The position numbers and the translations under genes are program-made. From positions 200,962 through 264,961 of the forward strand of contig CAYMBN010000001.1 in NCBI GenBank assembly GCA_964388715.1: a stretch of DNA of 64,000 nt. The letters are read 5' to 3'. How positions within the stretch are numbered: the first letter of the stretch is position 1; each line of letters begins with the position of its first letter. Below the pieces are notes generated by a model. The model did no database searches, was not told where the DNA came from, and saw only the letters and a list, made by a program, of their open reading frames with translations. Positions 56,735-64,000 of this stretch are shown piece by piece. The stretch comes from an uncultured Methanosarcinales archaeon. GTDB lineage: Archaea; Nanobdellota; Nanobdellia; Woesearchaeales; CAYMBN01.

Positions 56735-57958
56735 ATGAACGTTAGGTGTATTAAATGTCAGGGTAAAGGTCATTGTGGTAGGAGTTTTTGTCCTATTTAT
56801 GCTAAAAGTGAAGCTATGTTTAAGGTTAGGAAAGAGGTTAAGGAAGACTTTTCTGGGTCTGCGCCAAATGTTTTTGTTGGAAGATATGGTTATCCTAATG
56901 TTAATGTTGGAATTTTGAGTCCTTCTGAACAAGTAGGAGATGCCTGGTTGTATGATGCGCCAAGGCATTGGGCTGAAAAGGATTTTGGGATTAGAAAGAT
57001 AATTGATTATAGGTCATCACTTGTTAATTCAAGGTATAAGATGGATGTTAAATTAAGGCATAAGTTTCTTGATGTTAGTCAGGAAGTTGGGATGGCTTCG
57101 AAACCTGTTGATATTGAAGTTGGTTTGGAAGCGAAGCCTAAATTTAAGCTTAGTTTTAATCCTGAATTAATGCCAATGGGACCTAATGCTAAATTAAAGA
57201 AAGTGCAAGTAGTTAGTAATCCGTTTGTGGATTCAAGAGTTGATAAAGTTGTTGCTGATACTGATTTTAAAGCGAATGATGCGATTTTGCATTTGTATAA
57301 AAAGAATTTTGATGAGAATTTTTTATCAAAGTTGTTGAGTATTGGTAATATTGGTGTTAAGAAAAACAGAAAGTTGGTGCCAACGCGTTGGAGTATTACT
57401 GCTGTTGATGATAATTTAGGAAAAGATTTGATTAAAAAAGCAAGGGATTTTCAAACTTGTGATTACTCTGCTTATTTTGGTTCGTATCTTGGTAATTATT
57501 ATTTAATATTATTTTTTCCAGATGTCTGGAGTTATGAATTGTTTGAAACATATGCTCCAAGAGCAAGTTGGAATGTGAGTGATGAAGTACAGTTTTCAAC
57601 TGATCATGAAGGTTATTATGGAAGAAAAACTTATGCTGAGAATTGTGTTGGTGGTTATTATGCTGCAAGGTTAGCTGTTTTAGAAAAATTAGTTGGAATG
57701 AAGAGGCAAGCGAGTGTGTTGTGTTTGAGGTTTATTACAGGAGAATATGCTGCACCTCTTGGAGTGTGGGTTGTACGTGAAGCTACACGTAAGGCTATGG
57801 CTTCGAGTGCTATTAAGTTTGCTTCTAAAGAGTTAATGATGACTTATGCCAAACATTTGGTTAAGAAGAAGTTTGGGATTGAGTTGGATAATATTTTAAA
57901 GGAAAGTTTTTTGTTGAAAGAGATGAAACAGCAAAGTAAGTTGAGAGAGTTTTTTTAA
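56735..57958 (+). CDS. Nre-family DNA repair protein with C-terminal PIP box
   Basis: CIKC...CGRSFCP, FVGRYGYP, LVPTRWSITAVD, GGYYA, GVWVVRE; ends QSKLREFF. Confidence 0.92.
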   Translation: MNVRCIKCQGKGHCGRSFCPIYAKSEAMFKVRKEVKEDFSGSAPNVFVGRYGYPNVNVGILSPSEQVGDAWLYDAPRHWAEKDFGIRKIIDYRSSLVNSRYKMDVKLRHKFLDVSQEVGMASKPVDIEVGLEAKPKFKLSFNPELMPMGPNAKLKKVQVVSNPFVDSRVDKVVADTDFKANDAILHLYKKNFDENFLSKLLSIGNIGVKKNRKLVPTRWSITAVDDNLGKDLIKKARDFQTCDYSAYFGSYLGNYYLILFFPDVWSYELFETYAPRASWNVSDEVQFSTDHEGYYGRKTYAENCVGGYYAARLAVLEKLVGMKRQASVLCLRFITGEYAAPLGVWVVREATRKAMASSAIKFASKELMMTYAKHLVKKKFGIELDNILKESFLLKEMKQQSKLREFF

Positions 57959-57974
57959 AAAAAGAAAAAAGAAA

Positions 57975-58160
57975 TTATTTTCCTTTAGCTTTTAACATAA
58001 AAAGCCCTAATACAATTCCTAGTACTACAAATCCCCAGACAATTGATGGAAGTACTGATACCATCATTTCTTTGGCAAATATTACAAGTATTATTATTAT
58101 TGTTAATAAAATACCTCCCAAAGAAGCACCAAGTCCTATAAAATCATTTCCTTTAGCCAT
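57975..58160 (-). CDS. Small two-TM membrane protein
   Basis: GGAGGTGG site; two hydrophobic helices. Confidence 0.7.
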   Translation of the reverse strand: MAKGNDFIGLGASLGGILLTIIIILVIFAKEMMVSVLPSIVWGFVVLGIVLGLFMLKAKGK

Positions 58161-58178
58161 ATAACCACCTCCATGGTT

Positions 58179-59093
58179 TTATATTAATTCTTGAATTTCT
58201 TCTGCTGATAATGGTTCATTGTAGATTCTGAAGTCGTCAATTAATCCTTTGTAATAAATAAAGTCAGGTGAGATCATAAAAGATGATCTTCCATAGCCAA
58301 TTGTCATTTGTTCTTTTACTGGAATGTCATCAAAGAACGCTTTGTCACTTGATGATCCAAAGTTATAATCTCTGTTTGTCATTTCTTCTCCGTTTAAGTA
58401 TCCTGCATTTCCATCTGGTCCTACAGTAACAGCAAAGTGATGCCAAGTGTTTTCTTCAAGGTTATCTGTTGAATCATAACAAAGGAAAGGTTCTGCACCG
58501 TTCTTAACCCATGTTGAATAAAGCATTTTATTTGTTGGATCAGGAGTTGATCCTGAACCTTCACCACCTGCACCACCACTATGTCCTATTTCTATGAGGA
58601 ACATGTTATCTTGTCCTTGTTCCATTCCAATGTAAAAGATTGGCATTAGTGTTTGTGTTTCAAGAATTGATTCATAATTAAACCAGAATGCAATTGTTCC
58701 TTGAGTTAAAGAGCCAATGTCATTTAATGGGAGATCAACATAGCTGTTATCAAGGTAAAGTGCTTTGTCTTTTTTTCCTTCAGAGAAACTTGTTTGTCCT
58801 ACAATTGTTCCGTCATAGTTTCCTGTTGCATCTTTAAGATCATCATCGAATTTCCAGTATGCAACTAGATTTTCTGGAAATGTTTCTTGTGGTGCAGTGA
58901 CTTGTGTTTCCTCTGGTTGTTCTTCAATAGTTTCTTCTGGTTTTGGAGTTGGTTCTTCAACTGGAGTTTCTTCTGGTGTTGGTTCTGTTACTTCTGGTTC
59001 TGGTTCTTCTGGTTGAATATCTTGTTGTTGTGCGCAACTTACAATGAATAAAATTAATACAAATAAGATCAGTATTTTTTTTATTTTAATCAC
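58179..59093 (-). CDS. Lipoprotein with LamG/concanavalin A-like domain
   Basis: IVSC lipobox, P/E/T linker, LVAYWKFD, TWHHFAVT, GLIDDFRIYN. Confidence 0.88.
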   Translation of the reverse strand: MIKIKKILILFVLILFIVSCAQQQDIQPEEPEPEVTEPTPEETPVEEPTPKPEETIEEQPEETQVTAPQETFPENLVAYWKFDDDLKDATGNYDGTIVGQTSFSEGKKDKALYLDNSYVDLPLNDIGSLTQGTIAFWFNYESILETQTLMPIFYIGMEQGQDNMFLIEIGHSGGAGGEGSGSTPDPTNKMLYSTWVKNGAEPFLCYDSTDNLEENTWHHFAVTVGPDGNAGYLNGEEMTNRDYNFGSSSDKAFFDDIPVKEQMTIGYGRSSFMISPDFIYYKGLIDDFRIYNEPLSAEEIQELI

Positions 59094-59164
59094 CTCTTTG
59101 GTTTTATGATATGTTTAATATATATAAAAGTTTTTATATTAGTAAATCTTGATAACTTTAAGAG

Positions 59165-59368
59165 GTGATGCACATGAGTTATATAAATTGGATGAATAAA
59201 TGTGTTAAGAAACTTGATTGGAAAGATATTGGATTAGTTAAATTAAGTGTTGCTGGATTTATTTTGATGGTCGCGAAGTTATGGTCAGGGATATTGGCTT
59301 TAGACTGGTATTGGTATCTAGTTATTGCATTAGTCGCTGCAATTAGACCAATGAAGAAGATGTTTTAA
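59165..59368 (+). CDS. Small membrane protein
   Basis: KKLDWKDIGLVKL...WYWY; GAGGTG site. Confidence 0.7.
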   Translation: MMHMSYINWMNKCVKKLDWKDIGLVKLSVAGFILMVAKLWSGILALDWYWYLVIALVAAIRPMKKMF

Positions 59369-59434
59369 TTGTTTTTTATTTTATTTTTTCTATCACAACA
59401 ATCTTTATAAAAAAAACCTAATTAAAATATATTT

Positions 59435-60522
<1,088 letters not shown>

Positions 60523-60526
<4 letters not shown>

Positions 60527-60891
60527 AGAAATCGTTTGAAGAATTGTATCTTGCATTGAAGGTTAATAGAGAGAAATGTCATTGGGCTTCTAAAGTTGAT
60601 ATTGAAGAGTATAGTGATGAACTAATAAGTGAGATCGAGGAAGTGAAGAAAGCTGTTAAGAATAATGATATGAAGAATCTTAAAGAAGAGGTTGGTGATA
60701 TGTTATGGGATGCTATTTTTTTAGCAATAATTGCTGAAGAAAAAGCTGGTTTTGAGTTAAAGGAAGCTTTACAGGGTGCTTTAGATAAGTTGAAGAGAAG
60801 GAAATCATGGATGTTTGAAGGAAAAGATGTTACAATTGAGGAAGCTAGGCGAATCTGGAGAGAAGCTAAGGCTAAGGAAAAAAATATTTAA
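60523..60891 (+). CDS. MazG-like NTP pyrophosphohydrolase
   Basis: CHW, EIEEV, LKEEVGD, KLKRR. Confidence 0.85.
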
Positions 60892-60915
60892 ATATGTACT
60901 TCTTTAAATAATAAA

Positions 60916-61383
60916 ATGGCAAAGAAAGATATTCATAAGGAGATACAAGAAAAGATTGGGACTTATGAAGATAAAGAAAAGATGTGTATTTTTTGTAAGA
61001 TTATAAGAGGAGAGATTCCTAGTTCTAAAGTTTATGAAGATGATGAGATTCTAGCTTTTCTTGATATTATGCCTGTGCATAAAGGACATACATTAGTTAT
61101 TCCAAAACAACATTATGAAACAATATTGGATACACCTGATGAATTGTTGCAGAAAATTATTACGGTTGTGAAAAAGGTTGGTGGAGCTGTGATTAAAGCT
61201 GCTCAAACTGATGGGTTTAATGTTTTGCAGAGTAATAATGAAACAGCAGGACAGGTTGTTCCTCATTTACATTTCCATATTATACCTAGGCATGTTGATG
61301 ATAATCTAAAGTTTTGGCCTCAAGGTAAGTATAATGAAGGAGAGATGCAAGAATATCTTGAAGATATAAAGAAACATTTATAA
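60916..61383 (+). CDS. HIT-family hydrolase
   Basis: CIFCKI, AFLDI, GHTLVIPK, HLHFHIIPR. Confidence 0.95.
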   Translation: MAKKDIHKEIQEKIGTYEDKEKMCIFCKIIRGEIPSSKVYEDDEILAFLDIMPVHKGHTLVIPKQHYETILDTPDELLQKIITVVKKVGGAVIKAAQTDGFNVLQSNNETAGQVVPHLHFHIIPRHVDDNLKFWPQGKYNEGEMQEYLEDIKKHL

Positions 61384-61409
61384 AAAAGATATGATTTTTC
61401 TGTGTTAAT

Positions 61410-61531
61410 GCCGCTGTAGCTCAGCCTGGTTAGAGCGCTAGACTCATATTTTTGAGTGATGAGGATTATTCCGATGAAAAGACTCATAACGAGGCATCTA
61501 GAGGCCATGGGTTCAGATCCCGTCAGCGGCA
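61410..61531 (+). tRNA. tRNA with CAT anticodon (probably elongator Met), 47-nt intron at 37/38
   Basis: GCCGCTG/CAGCGGC-A; CTAGA-CTCATA[61449-61495]A-TCTAG; GGGTTCAGATCCC. Confidence 0.87.
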
Positions 61532-61542
61532 TTTTTATTTTT

Positions 61543-61875
61543 TTAATTTGAATATCTTTTATCACAATCTTGTATAGTGGTTGTAACTTCTTTGATATAA
61601 TCTCCTAGTTGATTGCCTTGTGCTTGATACCTTTCTAGACTGCTAAGAATTGCATTTAGTGCTGGTTTAATATGTCTGGGGTATAATCCAATTACTACAT
61701 CTTCTCGTTGATGTTCTTTTAGGAAGTTACTTAATTCCTCAAACATATGTATAGCAGAGTCAGGACTTGTTATTCTAATTGTATTTGTAAAATGATCAGT
61801 AATCAGTTCTGCTGTTTGGGTGCTTTGAGCAACACAACTTGTAGAACTAGACTGTACTTTTTGTACTAAACCCAT
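61543..61875 (-). CDS. Hypothetical protein
   Basis: AAAGGTGA site before MGLVQK. Confidence 0.6.
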   Translation of the reverse strand: MGLVQKVQSSSTSCVAQSTQTAELITDHFTNTIRITSPDSAIHMFEELSNFLKEHQREDVVIGLYPRHIKPALNAILSSLERYQAQGNQLGDYIKEVTTTIQDCDKRYSN

Positions 61876-62007
61876 TTTTTCATCACCTTTTTTGGTTAAT
61901 ATTTTTATCTTCAAATCAAAATTTGAAGTTAGTCTATAATCAAAAGGTGGAGAGTTATTGTTTATATAGTTATTGATTTTGTCGACGAGAAAAGGTATTA
62001 CTTTATA

Positions 62008-62322
62008 TTACTTCTTATAAGGGAATCTCATGTATTTCTTGCAGTTGAGGCAGTAATATACTAGTTTGCTTTTGTTTGTTCTTATGCGGCAATTCTTGCT
62101 TGGCACGAGGTAAGTGTAGCAGTGTTTACAAAATTGTTTTTTTAGGTTAGAAGGAATCTTTACTTTGTATTTCATAGCCATTTTCCTGGCAAGACGAACA
62201 TATCTATTAGATAATTTCGGGTCTTGTTTGAATGCTTTTTTAGCTTGTTTAAATAATTCCTTGATTCTCTCATTAGCTATCTCAAGCTGTTTTTTAGGCT
62301 TTTTATTGTGTTTCCTAACCAT
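62008..62322 (-). CDS. rnp4: RNase P protein component Rpp21 (Rpr2)
   Basis: IANERI..LF, RYV.LARKMAMK, FCKHC...CLNC...RFPY. Confidence 0.92.
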   Translation of the reverse strand: MVRKHNKKPKKQLEIANERIKELFKQAKKAFKQDPKLSNRYVRLARKMAMKYKVKIPSNLKKQFCKHCYTYLVPSKNCRIRTNKSKLVYYCLNCKKYMRFPYKK

Positions 62323-62385
62323 ATACTTCAATGAATATTCTTGGGTTTATAAAACTTTATATAGGGAAATATATTTCTATAGTCT

Positions 62386-63639
62386 ATGTTTGAATTTATA
62401 AAGAAATTTTTTACAAAACCTGTTGTTTACCAGGAACAGGTTCTATTGAATGAGGTTGATACTTGGTTTTCTAATAAAATGCGTTCTAGAACTAAAAGGT
62501 TGGATGATAATTTCTTTTCTTTTTTTAATTCTGTACAAACAGAAGTATCTTTTTTACAAAGTAAAATAAAAGAATTGGAAAGTGCAGAGATTGATGAAAA
62601 AGAAAATATTCAGCATAGGGTTAAGCAGGTGGTTTTAGGTAACAGACAACATTATGTAAGGCAGTTAAACAGTTTTATACAAAATATCAAGGTTCCGGAA
62701 AGCAAGAATGCTCAAGTAGGGATGAATTATCTTAATAGGCTTTCTGTTGAACTTGATAATTTTGCTAAAAAAACAACCAAAACATATTATACAACACAAC
62801 ATTTATTCCATAAACAGGCTGATGAGATTGCAAAGATAATAAAAAATCTTTCTAATCTTTTGAAAGAGATGAAATCAACAATGAAGGAAGATGAATTAGA
62901 GCTATTACAACAAACACAAAGTATAATTAAAGAGTTTTTTGAAAAAAGAGAATTAAAAAGTCAGTTAGAAAAGGAACTTATTGAAAAACAAAGTGCTTTT
63001 AAGAAGGTTGAATCTGAGATTAATGAGTTTACAAATCAAATTAAAAATAAAACAGAATCAGATGGGTTTAAAGATTATACTGAGTTGGAACAAAAAAATA
63101 AAGAATTGGATGATTCACTGAAAAGTATGAAGGATGAGATTTATAGTTTATTTAAGTCAATTGAACGTAGCCTTAAAAAGTTTGAACATATTGACGATAA
63201 AAATCAAAAATTAATCAAAGAATATATCAATGATCCTGTAAAAACACTCTTTGAAGATAAGAGTTTTGAGATATTGAATATTCTTAAGGAATTGAAAGCA
63301 AATATTGATTCTTTGGGTTTAAAGGATAAAGAAAAGGAAAAAACATTGGATATACTTAAACAAATAACTTCAAAGAAACTTAAAGATTTTGTTAAAGAAG
63401 AGGAAAATATTAAACAACAGCAAAAATTACTTGGACAACAGGTAGAAAACCATGAGGTTAAAAAGTCTATTAATGAAATTAAATATCTTATGACTTTTAA
63501 ACTTCATAAATTTGATAACATTAAAGAGGATATTGAGAAGATTAATGAGAAATTGAGTAGTATTGACTTGGAAAAACTTAAACAACAAATAAAAGAAAGT
63601 ATAAAAGAAAGTATTAATATTGATATTATATTAGCTTGA
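62386..63639 (+). CDS. Long coiled-coil hypothetical protein
   Basis: 417-aa heptad-rich ORF. Confidence 0.75.
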   Translation: MFEFIKKFFTKPVVYQEQVLLNEVDTWFSNKMRSRTKRLDDNFFSFFNSVQTEVSFLQSKIKELESAEIDEKENIQHRVKQVVLGNRQHYVRQLNSFIQNIKVPESKNAQVGMNYLNRLSVELDNFAKKTTKTYYTTQHLFHKQADEIAKIIKNLSNLLKEMKSTMKEDELELLQQTQSIIKEFFEKRELKSQLEKELIEKQSAFKKVESEINEFTNQIKNKTESDGFKDYTELEQKNKELDDSLKSMKDEIYSLFKSIERSLKKFEHIDDKNQKLIKEYINDPVKTLFEDKSFEILNILKELKANIDSLGLKDKEKEKTLDILKQITSKKLKDFVKEEENIKQQQKLLGQQVENHEVKKSINEIKYLMTFKLHKFDNIKEDIEKINEKLSSIDLEKLKQQIKESIKESINIDIILA

Positions 63640-64000
63640 TTATTTCTTTTCAAAAAAGAAATTTACTAACCATTTATTTAACTTACTTTGTTTTTTTGGT
63701 TTCTGTTTTTTCTTAGGTTTTTTTACTATTTTCTTTTTAGGAGCTTTTTTCTTAATTTTAACTTTTTTCTCTTGGAAAAAGAAGTTTAATAAAGATTTGC
63801 TTGTTCTCTTAAAAAAGTTTTTGATTTTTCTAAATCCTTTTTTTATTGGGTTAGAGATTTTTTTCTTTTTCATTTTTATTTTTGGTCTCCATTGTTTTAA
63901 TTGTTCTATTTTGCTTAGCTTTTTAGGTTTTTTCTTTTTAGGAGTTAACATTATTACTGTTGTTAGTAATATTATTAAAATAACAACAATTGTTGCAATT
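63640..64000 (-). CDS. 3' end of a membrane-anchored protein with Lys-rich tail; begins beyond the right edge
   Basis: Frame open to the edge: IATIVVILIILLTTVIMLTPKKKK... Confidence 0.7.
   Translation of the reverse strand, partial: IATIVVILIILLTTVIMLTPKKKKPKKLSKIEQLKQWRPKIKMKKKKISNPIKKGFRKIKNFFKRTSKSLLNFFFQEKKVKIKKKAPKKKIVKKPKKKQKPKKQSKLNKWLVNFFFEKK

Overview
AT-rich archaeal chromosome segment. Gene content (archaeal RpoL/RpoE'/Spt4, eS24/eS31/P1/uL10/uL1, proteasome beta, aCPSF1, PINA, AMP phosphorylase, Nre, Rpp21, bacterial-type GyrB, stand-alone PEP-mobile-domain proteins) and intron-rich tRNAs best fit a DPANN archaeon, most likely Woesearchaeota-like (inference). It holds about 75 CDS and 7 tRNA genes, all interrupted by introns. 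I saw no rRNA, CRISPR array or intact transposase. Best leads: (1) In 0.9-9.3 kb a palindrome (ideal form TTTTATCG-W-CGATAAAA) is strongly clustered, including inside genes through rare synonymous codons. It surrounds two coiled-coil/winged-helix genes, an HTH gene and long iteron-bearing spacers, a candidate centromere/origin-organising system. (2) A tRNA has a serine-type body but a UAG (Leu) anticodon, with a degenerate tandem copy. (3) A short peptide motif ([IV]P[TS]AxE[LIV], PTAYELxQRKKK) is shared by the extensions of FtsY and ribosomal stalk protein uL10. (4) An HPr-like domain has S15 and a phosphomimetic Glu. (5) Several microprotein operons have structured or duplicated leaders. All counts and alignments were done by eye and need computational confirmation.
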